Numbered from the whole stretch's first letter, positions 33,115 to 46,285 are shown. The stretch: DNA of 63,411 bases, filler included, from Octopus bimaculoides (GCF_001194135.2; 4 parts of 4 records of this genome joined end to end with filler, not necessarily neighbours in it); one strand, 5' to 3'. Made by a program: numbers and translations. The notes: generated by a model not told the origin, from the letters alone.

Positions 33115-33943
33115 AATATATATATGTATATATACATACGATTTTCATATGAAACGTGCTTTTGTTTCTAACCTAACTCACAATATTCATCCATCCACAC
33201 ATGTATACACACGCACATACACATAAGATATAGGTAGATGGGTGCATACACATGCATGCACATATATACATATATATATATATAGACATGCTTATATATA
33301 CATACACGCACGCACAGACGTATATGCACACACGTATATGCACGCACGCGCATGCACACACATATACGTACACATATATCTGTGTGTGTATATGTATATA
33401 TATGAGGTATGTACTAATGTGTATGTATACTTCCTAATGGAGATGTTGTGAAAGGGAAACATTAGAATTCCTTATAAGTACAAAAGGAAGAAAATATGGT
33501 TGTTGTCTTATCTTTCTGAAATGACAGAGGCCAAATTCTTCTGTTTATGCTACGCAGAATTGCGGTCGTCCATTAAACGCAATCAATAAATTCTTCTCGA
33601 CATTTTTCCTGGTTAATAGCGTTGAGTTGCAGTATCAGTAAAACGTTGGACAATATGCATCGTGGCATTTAGTCGTTATCATTCAGGTTTTGAGTTCAAT
33701 TTCTATAGGGATTCATTCTGTTCTTCAAGGATGATAAAATAAGCGTTATTATTTAGTTCTTGATTAGCTCATATTGCTGTGATCCAGCCGTGACAGTCCT
33801 TTTTAACGATATATTGGACTGTGGTATGTAATGAAATGTTTCCTTTCTCAAGACAGCAAGGTGTAATCATAAGAGATTTCACTGTTATTTTTAGTAGGTT
33901 AAATGATCACATAGAAGAACCTTTGTTTACTCACATACATACC

Positions 33944-33985
<42 letters not shown>

Positions 33986-34434
33986 CATATATATACATAT
34001 ACATATATAGATATACATACATATATATNNNNNNNNNNNNNNNNNNNNNNNNNNNNNNNNNNNNNNNNNNNNNNNNNNNNNNNNNNNNNNNNNNNNNNNN
34101 NNNNNNNNNNNNNNNNNNNNNNNNNNNNNNNNNNNNNNNNNNNNNNNNNNNNNNNNNNNNNNNNNNNNNNNNNNNNNNNNNNNNNNNNNNNNNNNNNNNN
34201 NNNNNNNNNNNNNNNNNNNNNNNNNNNNNNNNNNNNNNNNNNNNNNNNNNNNNNNNNNNNNNNNNNNNNNNNNNNNNNNNNNNNNNNNNNNNNNNNNNNN
34301 NNNNNNNNNNNNNNNNNNNNNNNNNNNNNNNNNNNNNNNNNNNNNNNNNNNNNNNNNNNNNNNNTATATATATATACATGTATATATATACATATATACA
34401 TATACATATATATATACATATATATATACATATA

Positions 34435-34635
34435 CAGTGTCTGTTCCCCCACTATCGCATAACAACCGATGGTGGTGTGTTAACGTCCCTGTAATCTAGT
34501 GGTTCGGCAAAAGAGACCGATAGAATAAGTTCTAGGCTTACAAAGAATAAGTCCTGGGGTCGATTCGTTTGACTAAAGGCGCTGCTCCAGCATGGCCGCA
34601 GTAAAATGACTGAAGCAAGTCAAAGAATGAAAGAA
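34435..34635 (+). mobile_element. SINE family B tail half
   Basis: CAACCGATGGTGGTGTGT...GCTGCTCCAGCATGGCCGCAG. Confidence 0.85.
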
Positions 34636-35884
34636 TACCAGTCAAGGATTAAGATTTACTCCATCAACTGCTCCAGTACCCTTGTTCCAATGTTAGAAAT
34701 AATTAGTTTCGGCTTTTCGGACTTCTCAAGGTTTTGTGTAAATACAGAAAATGACGGAGATGAAGAGATTCCAGAAATGTAGTTAAACTAAGAGGAAATA
34801 AGTTTATTGACTCGAAAATGTCATTACATAGTTTAACACAATGTCACAAATATTAGATCGTATTTGACATTCATTATTCACCGCGCCTCTTCTTCAGTAC
34901 TTTTCCTAAGAATCAATTAAAACCTGTCATGAGCCATTTCACAGAAGTGTGTTAAGATTGTCAAGAAAAATCAATTAAATAATCAAATTGTGTACGATGT
35001 CCATATAAAGACACAATATGTGTGTGTGCGTGTGTGTGAAATATTTTAGGAGTGTGGTATAAGACAGACCCCCCCCCCAAAAAAAAAAAATATATACAAG
35101 GACCAGATCCCACCATAGAAGTTGAACCAAGCATGGGTTGCTTACTGGACGATTGTGTTACCGATTACAACATATGGACTCTGAAGAGATTTTACTGTCG
35201 AAAGTATAAATATAAACGTCTTTAAATAAATATAACAATCTAGTTTCCTCTTATATTCTATAACATTTTAGTAGGTATTTAACTAGCAGATAAATCATGT
35301 ATAGGCGTTTGCATATTTTTATATAGTTTGAAGTGTAATCATGAATAAAACACAACTGTATTCCTGTATTATTCTCTTTTCAAACAATAAATAAGATGAT
35401 TACACTAGAAGTAAGTATTGAATATTGTCCGTCTGTGGATAGAATGCAACAAGTAAAAGCTATTTCTGTCTACTCAATACTGGACATTATAGCTTTCAAA
35501 GAAGAATTTCTTATTTTGCTGGAAAACACTGACTTTGGCAATAATGAATTTATCTGAGTTACTTTTACTGAAACCAAAGTTCAATGAATTTTCATCCAAT
35601 AACCTCTAACCAATCGATCTAGTGTTAACTCTTCGTCTAACCTCCGTCAGTTGTCAAAGACCAATTTTTAACATAGATTTACAGCTTATATATTTTCTTC
35701 AAAATGCCTTTGCAAATAGTTGGTAGGATGAAGTATTTGTAAACGGGCCAAAAGTTAAAAATCTGTCGAAAATAATTCAAGGCAAGTCTGGTGGGATTTT
35801 ATTCCTTGTCATGCTTCAATTCCTCTGACTGTGGGGAATACATAAGTATCCCTGTCATACTGGACTGCATCAGATTATTAACAT

Positions 35885-36368
35885 GGCGCAGGAGTGGCTG
35901 TGTGGTTAGTAGCTTGCTTACCAACCACATGGTTCCGGGTTCAGTCCCACAGCGCGATACCTTGGGCAAGTGTCTTCTACTATAGCCTCGGGCCGACCAA
36001 AGCCTTGTCAGTGGATTTGGTAGACAGAAACTGAAGGAAGCCCATTGTATATATANNNNNNNNNNNNNNNNNNNNNNNNNNNNNNNNNNNNNNNNNNNNN
36101 NNNNNNNNNNNNNNNNNNNNNNNNNNNNNNNNNNNNNNNNNNNNNTATATATATATATATATGTATGTGTGTCTGTCCCTCCAACATCGCTTGACAACCG
36201 ATGCTGGTGTGTTTACATCCCCGTAACTTAGCGATTCGGCAAAAGGGACCGATAGAATAGGTACTAGGCTTACAAAGAATAAGCCCTGGGGTCGATTTGC
36301 TCGACTAAAGGCGGTGCTCCAGCATGACCGCAGTCAAATGACTCAAACAAGTAAAAGAATAAAAGAAT
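35885..36368 (+). mobile_element. SINE family B, young full-length copy (gap in the central TA spacer)
   Basis: GGCGCAGGAGTGGCTGTGTGG A box, GGTTCAGTCCC B box, complete tail. Confidence 0.92.
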
Positions 36369-36409
36369 AGCTGTACTTAGTATGCTCTAATATAATTCTG
36401 TTCTTTTAG

Positions 36410-36760
36410 TTTTTACTAGCTTCAGCCATCAGACAGCAGCCATGCTGGAGCACCGCTTTGAAGAATTTTAGTCCAGCGAATTATCCCTAGTACTTTTTTT
36501 AAAGCATGGTACTTATTCTGTCAATAACTTTTGCCGAACCGCTAAGTTGTAGGGACATAAACACAAAGAGCGATTGCTGGGGATAAATACACGCACACAC
36601 ACACGCGCGCGCGACGGGCTTTTTCTAGTTTGTCTGTCAAATCCAAGGCTTTGGTCGGCCCGAGGATATAGTAGAAGACACTTGCCCAGTGATCCACAAA
36701 GTGGGACTGAACCCGTAACCATGTGGTTGAAGAGCAAGCTTGTTATCATACAGCCACGCC
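36410..36760 (-). mobile_element. SINE family B, tail-to-tail with the previous copy
   Basis: CCATGCTGGAGCACCGC...GAAGACACTTGCCC...AGCAAGCTTG. Confidence 0.85.
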
Positions 36761-36783
36761 AGTGTAAGTTAAAAAATATAAAT

Positions 36784-36933
36784 CATAGATCGACCCCAGT
36801 ACGCAACTATCGAGCCCGAAGGATGAAAGGCAAAGTTGACCTCGGCAGAATTTGAACTCAGAACGTAAAGCGAGACGAAATACCACTAAGCATTTCGCCC
36901 GGGATGCTAACGTTTCTGCCAGCTCGCCACCTT
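36784..36933 (-). mobile_element. SINE family A
   Basis: GCTAACGTTTCTGCCAGCTCGCC head and TTTGAACTCAGAAC. Confidence 0.85.
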
Positions 36934-37219
36934 GTTAAAAGATATAAATGCATAAGTACAGCGTGTGGAAAACACACACTATAGTACGCGTGCTTATAAT
37001 TCTTTCGTTCTCATACAGACATCTAGTTCAGCGAGAGGTTAATAATGTTTATTTTATACACACACAAACACACGCATTGGCTCAAGCGCAAACTCTTCCC
37101 CGGATGTATACATATATATATATAAGCACATAATCGTGTCAGTATATATACAAGCTCACGCAAATTCATATACACACTCATTTATACACATTTCGAGTAT
37201 TCCAGGTCTGTCTGTCAGG

Positions 37220-37281
<62 letters not shown>

Positions 37282-37944
37282 CTACATACATACGTACACG
37301 CACACACGCACACACACGCACATACGTACACACACGCATGCACATACGTACATATATATATATGCGTACATACATTCAGATTGTGTCCAGAATTGATTCA
37401 GGAAGATCATAGTTCAGGTTTGTAGAGAGAGTGTAATTAGCTTTGATAGTGAGAAGCCCTACAGAGCTCATCCATCGTCCTCCCTCCCCGACCACAAAAA
37501 ATAAAAGACACATATGCAAATGATAGAAACTGAAAAACCAATATGAATAGATGCAATAAACGAAGAAAAAGATGGAAATAAGGAGAAAGACAACGTTGCC
37601 AGGAAAACAAAATAGAAGAAAAAGGCATAGAAACGTAAGGCATTAAAAAACGCCAAGTATCATGGAGTGAATAAAAATTTGTTTTCTGATTGAATCGTGT
37701 AGTTGAAAGCCTCCAGTAACAAAGATTCCAGGAAGCTACATTTTGATAAAAATATATTAAATTAGAATTTTTAAGAATTTACTAAACACTGTAGACTTTA
37801 CTAATTGTTTTCTTTTAGTAAAAGTTACATACTCATAACAAATTAATAAGCTGTTTNNNNNNNNNNNNNNNNNNNNNNNNNNNNNNNNNNNNNNNNNNNN
37901 NNNNNNNNNNNNNNNNNNNNNNNNNNNNNNNNNNNNNNNNNNNN

Positions 37945-38135
37945 AAATAATAAATGAGTATATGCATATATACGTACAGGTATGTGCATACCTACGTCTA
38001 CCTGTATATATAGGTGCATATCTGGGTACAGGATATTGCAAACAAAATGTAGACAAAAAATAATAATAATAACCAGAGTACAGAACACACACAGGCCACA
38101 TAGAGGACATTTTCCTTCATCAGCTACCCCCATTC
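37945..38135 (-). repeat. Family D copy
   Basis: Reverse complement GCTGATGAAGGAAAATGTCCTCTATGTGGCC...CCTGTACCCAGATATGCA. Confidence 0.65.
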
Positions 38136-39174
38136 TAACACAGGCGTTTATATATAGTGCTTAGTGTTGGGCTCGCAATCTTGGTCTGTGTGGCGTGTTG
38201 TGTGCTTGAGTAAAGCATAGCCTTGGCTCGATAAGTAGGTCAACTGACACCAGAACGGAATAGGTTTTTCCTCCAGAATGTGCTACTTTGTACCTAGATC
38301 GATTTTGATTTTCATAGAGGGATCGATTAGTGCCAGTAATATACTGATATCAACTCTCGATTATGCCTAAGCTCTGCATAATACTAGCTTCGTGCGCAAG
38401 GAAGAAATCAATATTAAAAAAAAAAAATAGCGTTACTACTCAGAATATATTTCACATATATCTCAACATAGGAATGTCCGTTATCTGATGATTCTACACA
38501 AAAGTTTCTTTTTCTTCCTTACCCTTTATGATAATAAAATCAACTTTAAGGAACACTTGAAGCCACTGCTGCTTCCAACATTTCTTTTTCTTTTGCTTAT
38601 TGTCACGAAAGCCGCTTTCACAATCATTCTATAAATGTCAAAAGTCAAGTCGAATTTATTCCCCTTGGCTTTACAGATGTTGCTGTCGTTTGTGTTTGAA
38701 AAGCTATTTATCAGCTATCTTCTAGTTTTATAACAGTGTGAAAAGAATATGGACGATGTCGATAATATTCAGATTAACCCACGGAAATTTCATAACCTAC
38801 CACAAACTTATAACTGTCTCTTATCACACAGTTCGTCCATCAACCTGTCTCCAATGTATCAGTTTTAATATTATCTTTTGTTAGGTTTTCAACTAAGAAA
38901 ATATATTTTGCCAAAATGCTGCCATTTTCTATTTCAACGTCTTAAAACTTAACACCCCAAACATATAAGATATGCTTGTTAATAATTTTTGTGAAAATTA
39001 CAATGACCTTCACAACCAAATTGAATGTTTAATCTTTAAAATGTTTCAAGTTACTAAAATTCAGCGGCTTTAATTTCGTTAAATTAAGTTGTCACGTGCT
39101 CTAGATTTTCTTTTAAATTTTAGCTGAAGTTAAAAAAAGAATATATATACAGATACTCATCTGTAAATAATCTT

Positions 39175-39561
39175 TTCTAATCCGGGAACAAAGCCCGAAA
39201 TTTTTGGGGAAGGTACCAGTTGATTAGATCGAGCCCAGAATGCAACTGGTACTTAAATTATCGACCCCGGTGGAATTTGAACTCAGAACGTAAAGACAGA
39301 CGAAATACTGCTAAGTATTTTGCCCAGCGTGCTAACATTTCTTATTTCTTTATTGCCCACAAGGGGACAAACAAGGACAGACAAAGGGATTAAGTCGATT
39401 ACATCGACCCCAGTGCATAACTGGTACTTAATTCATCGACCCCGAAAGGATGAAAGGCAAAGTCGACCTCGGCGGAATTTGAACTCAGAACGTAACGGCA
39501 GACGAAATACCGCTAAGGATTTCGCCCGGCGTGCTAACGTTTCTGCCAGCTCGCCGTCTTC
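39175..39561 (-). mobile_element. Two fused SINE family A copies (long-tail copy joined into the head of another)
   Basis: Junction GTGCTAAC|ATTTCTTATTTC at about 39337. Confidence 0.85.
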
Positions 39562-39639
39562 TCATCTATAAATAATTAAATTCTTAATAGCTTTTACTGG
39601 CATGCGAAATAAATTAGATAAAAAAAGAACAAAAACGAG

Positions 39640-39673
<34 letters not shown>

Positions 39674-39929
39674 AAAAGAGAAATAGAAGAGGAAGAGGGA
39701 AACCAAGAAAAGGGAAAGAAATTAAATATGAGACAAAAGGAAAGAGGAAGTAGTTGGTGAATGAGTGGAAGGTAGGGGCGGTGGGGGGAAGAGAAAATAA
39801 TGTGTGTGTATGTGTATTATGTCAATGTATGTATGTGTTAGGACTGAATCTACGTGGGCACGGTAGTTATGTATGTATGTATGGATGGATGGAGGGATGG
39901 ATGGGTATATATGTACGCATACATGCATG

Positions 39930-40670
39930 TATGCGTTTGTGTGTGTGTGTGTGTGTATGTGTGTGTGTGTGTGTGTGCTAGATGATTTGTATGCGCTTGA
40001 ATGCAGTATTTGTGTTACTGTGTATGTATTTGTTGGTGTGTGTGTGTTTATGTGTATGCTTGTATGTGTAGAGGTGCGTATATGTGTATGCGTTTATGTG
40101 TATGAGTGTTTGTATATGTGTTTGTGTGAGTGTTTCTGTGTATTTGAGCATTGTGTGTTTGCGTTTGTGTGTGTTTACCTCTGTATGTGTATCTGTGTAT
40201 GTTTATCTGTTTGTGTGTATGTGTTTGTGTATGCGTACGTGTTTGCGAATGTTTGTATGTATGTGTGTATGCATATATGCGTTTGTATGTCTATGTACAT
40301 CTTTGTGTGTGTGTGTGTATGTATATGTGCGTTTGTATGTCTGTGTACATCTTCGTGTGTGTGTGAGTATGCATATGTGCGTTTGTACATCCTTGTGTGT
40401 GTGTATGCATATCCGCATTTGTATGTCTGTGTACATCCTTGTATGTGTGTGTGCATGCATATGTGTATTTGTATATCTGTGTACATCCTTGTGTGTGTGT
40501 GTACGCATTTGTACATTTGTGTCTCTGTACATCTTTGTGTGTGTGTATGCATATGACCGTTTGTATGTCTTTGTATACATCTTTGCGTGTGTGTATGCAT
40601 ATGTGCATTTGTATGTGTATGTATACATCTTCGCATGTGTGCGTGTGACATTGTGTATGTGCTTCTGTTA
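39930..40670. repeat. Degenerate (TG)-derived array with a ~44-bp minisatellite unit
   Basis: GTACATC.TTGTGTGTGTGTATGCATATG.GC.TTTGTATGTCT recurs about 8-9 times between 40280 and 40650. Confidence 0.85.
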
Positions 40671-41470
40671 GCTGGCTTGTATACACATGAATGCAGTATT
40701 ATACAACAATGAATGACAGTAGGAAAGTTGTAAAAACCTCTATTGAACTGGATGGACCGGAGGCTAGAGTTGATTCTTTCTTGGTTTCCATTTGATAACA
40801 TTTCAAATATTCCTGCTATGGCTTTAATTTATAATACCAAGAACAACAGAAATAAACATTTCCATGTATTCCAACGCCAGCAGCATCACAGATCTTTCAA
40901 AATCATATGGGCTTTGTTAACATTTAAAAACTTCTTTTATTTCTTGTTTATCACCCTTCGTTGTTTTGCCTCTATTTGTTTTTAAAATTTAAATCTAAGT
41001 TGGTTTTTATCATTTAAACAATTAAGAGTGGCTTACAAATTGTTTAATTAACCAGTAATTACGCTGATTATTTTCGTATCGATTCGAACAGAAGACTTAA
41101 TATCGAAAGTGCTTGTTCAGTTTTGGTCGTCGTGAAAATATACGCAGGAAACAAAATGGCGCTTGATAAATAAGCACGTACATCTCTTTTCGTTGCTTTC
41201 GTCCCCTTATCTTTATCAAATTCACTAATTACTAAAAACACTCACGTTTCTGTGAATTGATCTGAAAACGAAATTCAAATACATACAGTTACGTATTTAT
41301 TTACTTATTTATATTTAGCTTGGTAGAAGAAAATCAGATTTCTCGAAATACTTTTTACGAAATTGGTAACAAACGAAGTGTGTTATTATTATTGTTTTTC
41401 TTTTAATCATCATATTAAGCGGGGAAAAATCGTTTTGAGAATTTCATAATTGATGCTAGAAAGTTGAACG

Positions 41471-41545
<75 letters not shown>

Positions 41546-41569
41546 ATGTGTGTGTATACATACACACAA

Positions 41570-41880
41570 AATGGGACAAGAACGCAAAACAGGTGATGCA
41601 AGAAGGGACGATAAAGCATCCAGTCAGACGATACAAAGAAAACAAGGACCGGTCATTCAGAGTTTTCTGTCCTCTGTCGAGTTCCAGATTATCTTTGCAA
41701 CTTCGGCGGATTATACTCGAGATTGCTCCAATGTGGCCAGTTCCAAGGAAAATCTAAGCTAAGAGCATTAAATTCCTTGGAAGAAAGCAGCGAATGTATA
41801 CGAAAACAAGGACAGACAAAAATGGAGAAATGTTATACAAATGCAATTAACAAGACATAACAACAGGTGTCTTTCGACTA
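41570..41880. repeat. Repeat family E
   Basis: Shares blocks with 27430-27545. Confidence 0.6.
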
Positions 41881-42237
41881 AGGACGAATTAAATTAAGCT
41901 GGCGTGTGTGGAAGTAAAACCTTACGGAAGGGACATAAGATTTGATAGGCATAACGAGGAATATAGATGTTGTTGCACGGATGGTAGTCGAAGCAAGAAA
42001 GAAATGTCAGGCTTGGCCGAACACCGGTGACGTGGGGAGAAAAGAGAGAGAGGTAGAGGCAAAGGGATAGAAGAATTAAGGAGGGGCGAGAAAAAAATGA
42101 AAGAGACACAGTGAAGTGAAAGAGAAGGGAAAGTGAGCGTGAAGAGAAGGCCAGGAAATGTGAGAGAGGGGGAACGAAAAAACGAAGAGTGAAATGAACG
42201 AAGAGTGAAAAAAACGAAGAGTGAAGTTGCTGAACTA

Positions 42238-42480
42238 CTAAATTATGGGGACATAAACACACCAACAGTTGTCGAGAAGTGGTGAGGATAAATACATACA
42301 CTAAGGCACAGGCACACTCACACATATATATTCGACAGGTTTCTTTCAGTTTCCGTATAACAAATCCATTCTCAAGCCTTTGGTCAATCTGAGGCTATTG
42401 CAGAAGACACTTGTCAAATGTATCCGGCAGTGAGACTGAATTCGGAACCATGTACTTGAGAAGCAAACTTCTTACCACGC
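42238..42480 (-). mobile_element. SINE family B, partial
   Basis: CTTTCAGTTTCCGT...GAAGACACTTG...AAGCAAACTTCTTACCAC. Confidence 0.75.
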
Positions 42481-43624
42481 ATCGACGCTTGCATTTGGTT
42501 ATGGTACTCTCTAGACCTCACTGTTTGGGAGAGGGTTGAAGGGGCACGATTAGGACTTGTTACACATTGTGTTGGATCTATGGAAACACTTATTTCTCGA
42601 GGTGACTGTTTTCGCAGGAGTTGTATAAGGGCTTTGGACAAGGGAGTTTGGGGGTGTTTATTATATTCAATGCGTGAAGTACCGAGCTGAGAGCGAAGCA
42701 GACAGGAATTGCAGGGAGCTTTTTCAGGAGGATCAGTTTTAGCAGAATTATCTTGTTTCTGTGGGAAGGTGAACTTTGTAATGTTGGTAAAGTCACTGTT
42801 GGCGACAGACAAGTAGGTCCTGCTACAATTTCACAGATACTGTTTCTGTGCAGATCTTTAACCTTTACTTCTGTCAACATTTTAACATCGTAGTCGTTTT
42901 ACACTGCACAGACACAGCTTAAAAGTGAAAATGAAATTAATTACAAGCAGTCGGGAAATAGAAACTTATTTGAAACAACTGTTGAGACAAGTACATCTGT
43001 ATTTGCTCTTTTGAAGAACATAATTGAAGTATCGTTAATCCAATCAGTTACTTCGTGATGTCCGTTTTCTTACTTCAATTTTTATTTCACAGCCGTCAGT
43101 TACTTTCAGTAAACTCTTTAAAGATACCGAATTTCTAAATAGATTTTATTCCGTCGTCTGTCATTCATTTCGCTTTTGTTATGTTTATTTTATTTTTCAT
43201 TATATTCGTTCTATTTAATCAATAACCAAATACTATTATATTTGCGGATCAACTTTCCTCATAAATCACAATTAAACCGTAGCTTTTAATTTCTTTTTCT
43301 TTTCTTCAATTAAAGTCTCAACTCTTCACATATCCGCCTTAATTGTAAATACTGATTAGACAGTCTTGCACTTACCAAGACAGTTTTTCAGTTTTTACAA
43401 TGATTTATTTCTTACTGTTTTCTATGTATTACATTTTATCAGTATTCTACAACAATCTTTTGGATTTCGTTCCCCACCTCGGGTATATTTTACCTATTAT
43501 GTTTTACCCCCCTCTGTCTCTCCCTCTCTCTTTATCTCTCTCCTTCTCTCTCTTTACCTCTCTTCCTCTCTCTTTATCTTTCTCCCTCCCTCTCACTCTG
43601 TCCCTTACTCTATAATTCTATGAG

Positions 43625-45230
43625 AGGCCAGGACAAACTTTTAATGGCATTTCTTGAGATGCTTTGCTGATTATTCCACAAAATCTTTTTTGTATGGTGA
43701 TATTTTTATTCTCAGTGCTAACTTGTAGCTGACCGTTGCCTCTAACTGGCAATGGTCAGCTACAGGTTAGCTGACCATTTTGCAAACCAGGTTGTTCTTA
43801 TGTTGGTATAAAGATGAAGATTTCGTCTTGTCACCAAATATAAGCTTCTTTGAGGTATGCTCTCAACGCATCAGCAAGTGCAGTTTTTGCTAAATCTGGT
43901 TCAATTATCCCGATTTTACCAAAAATCAAGAATGTGGCTCTATTCACAATATTAATGTTACCCCTGAAATCTTGCAAAGTATCATCGAGAGCCTCAAATG
44001 CATATCTGTGAGATGGTGTGCACTCATCTCATACTTCCAGCTTGGCCTGCTTCAGAACCTCCAGCCCTGCATATTGTTTGCCTATATTAACAATCAGGAT
44101 TGTCAATGCACGTAAAGGAGAAGGAACGGTCTTGTTACCAGCCTTGTCGCAGCATCAAAATAGCAACAATTTCAGATGGTATCACTGCAATAGCAATGTG
44201 CTTGAGCTAATGAAATTTTCGTCCAATAAACGCTACTCCTTCAGAGGCGGATGGCGCCAATTGTCTGAACTTAATTTTAAAAAATCTTTTATGTTTTATC
44301 GTCTAAATGTTTCAGTCATTAGACTGCGGGCATGTAGGGCAACACCTTGAAGAATTTTTAGTCGAATGAATCTAATCCATTTTTTTTTGAAAGCCTGACG
44401 CTTATTCTATCGACCTTTTTTTACGGGATCGTAAACAAACCAAGACCGATTGTAAAGCAGTTGTTGGGGACAAACACAGGCGCAAAGACATTCCACACCA
44501 TATACACACGCATATATACACGACAGGCTTCTGTCAGTTTCCGTCTACCAAATCTGCTCACAAGGCTTTGTTCGGCCCGAGGCTATAATAGAAGACACTT
44601 GCCCGAGGTGACACGCAGTGAGACTGAACCCGGAACCATGTGGTTGGGAAGTAAACATCTTACTACACAGTCTCGCCTGCGCTTTGTATAAACTATTTTT
44701 TATCAAGAGCCAAATGTAATTCATTTTGATGAAAATACTGTTCCAATTGGTGAACGTCATTGTTGCCTGAAGAATCTTTCGTTTGAGAATTGCAGCTTCA
44801 GTTCTTAATGTGTCTGTCAGTTCACACTGCTCAAGATCCTTATCAACCATGGAGCCAAGGAATGTACAATATCTTCAACGAAAATTAGAGCCTGATAGTA
44901 GCTGACAGGAGGCAACCTTCAGGTATTTTTTCACTCTTGTATGCTTAACATAGTATATCTCCTGATGAGGAGGTGAAGTAAGATTTTTGGATATTGAGTC
45001 TCACAGAGGTGACAGATTGGGTGATGAATAGGGAAGGAAAACGACAGCAAAGAAGTTAATTTCACTTGGAGGATGTGAAACAACAGCCTCTTCCAAAGAA
45101 CTGTTTCAGTTTGCGCCATCGTCCAAGAGGCTTTTTCTCTGGTAAGCTTCACAGTATATTGTGCAATCATATCAAACAACTGGTTTGAACTTCTGAAATA
45201 AAGTTGGACCTTAAAATTTGTGCAGAAGCT
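43625..45230 (-). pseudogene. Decayed Helitron Rep/Hel (PIF1-type helicase region), interrupted by a SINE B at 44303-44680
   Basis: Minus-strand pieces GLLDDGAN*NSSLEEAV (cf. GLLEDD..W..TL.EA), IAIAV..SEIVAIL (cf. IALAVASSGIAATLL), VLKQAKLEV*DECTPSHRYAFEALDDTLQDFRGN (cf. LIVWDECTMAH...EALDRTLQDLRGN) and GNGQ...FCGI...KVCPGL, all collinear. Confidence 0.85.
44303..44680 (-). mobile_element. SINE family B inserted in the Helitron relic
   Basis: Tail TTTCAGTCATTAGACTGCGG through head; CpGs retained. Confidence 0.85.
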
Positions 45231-45444
45231 GTCTATGATTTAAGTAGGTTATTAAAATGCTTTTCATTTAAATTTTATATCTTAAAATTTAGCGCACGCT
45301 TTCAAAAATAACAGACGATAGGAAATAATTTCTTTCGTTCATTCACAATGTATTTTAAGTATATTGGTAACAAATAATGTTTACTCGTGTATGCTCAACT
45401 AAAATCTATAAAAATACTGGGATATTCAATATTTCACACAAAAT

Positions 45445-45725
45445 AAGGCAGCGAGCTGGCAGAAACGTTAGCACTGGGGTCGATGTAATGGACTTATTCC
45501 TCCTCACGATTCCTGCTAAAAGTTGAAATCGATATTACGATATTAAGTCAAAGCGGCTAGTAGGGTCGTTAGCAAGCCGAACAAAATGCTTAACGGCATT
45601 TCGTCCGTCCTTATGTTTTGAGTTCAACTCCCACCGACGTCGACTTTACTTTTCATCCTTTCCGGGTCGACTTACCTCCTCTTCTCCGAAATTACTGGCC
45701 TTGTGCCAAAATGTGAAACCAATTT
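45445..45725 (+). mobile_element. Two internally deleted SINE family A copies
   Basis: Head GCGAGCTGGCAGAAACGTTAGCAC jumps directly to TGGGGTCGATG; the second copy is deleted between two GGGTCGA motifs. Confidence 0.75.
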
Positions 45726-46194
45726 TAGGGACTGATTTGCACTCGGCGATCGCCCGCTCTGAGCAAATACCGAAGTTGTAGCATTTTGTGCAATTGAAAT
45801 GAGGGCGCCACTGAATGTGTTTACACCTTTTACCATAAACGAGGATTTTTTTACTTCACGGTAAACTGCAGTGAAATTGCCTTTAGAAGTTCATATACGT
45901 ATAATAATAATAAGAATAATAAGAAGAATAAGAATAAGAATAATATGAGAGAATAGAAAAGTAATTAATAAATTATTATTTATTGATTTAGAAATTGACA
46001 AACATCACTTACAACTTTCAATTTAGGCTCTCAGAAAATTAATTAATTAAATTAGAAATTATTTGAAAGTCGAATCTCTTCAGAAGTAGATAAAGATTTA
46101 CAAAGGTGTTCAATTTCCTCGTATTGAGTACANNNNNNNNNNNNNNNNNNNNNNNNNNNNNNNNNNNNNNNNNNNNNNNNNNNNNNNNNNNNNN

Positions 46195-46235
<41 letters not shown>

Positions 46236-46285
46236 ATGCAAACAAGCATAGATATATACATTCATATATGAAGTGGGAATATCAG

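Noticed and set aside
35885-35960. tRNA gene-like heads with A and B boxes
   Set aside because: They continue into SINE bodies and lack a complete cloverleaf and acceptor stem
40680-40990. Possible hAT transposase relic on the minus strand (HCCII-like, GKTTKG-like words)
   Set aside because: Motifs fall in different frames and are too short to be convincing
42480-42900. Possible Penelope ORF remnant on the minus strand (QDLLV, PCNSCLL)
   Set aside because: No GIY-YIG or RT motif visible; similarity too weak
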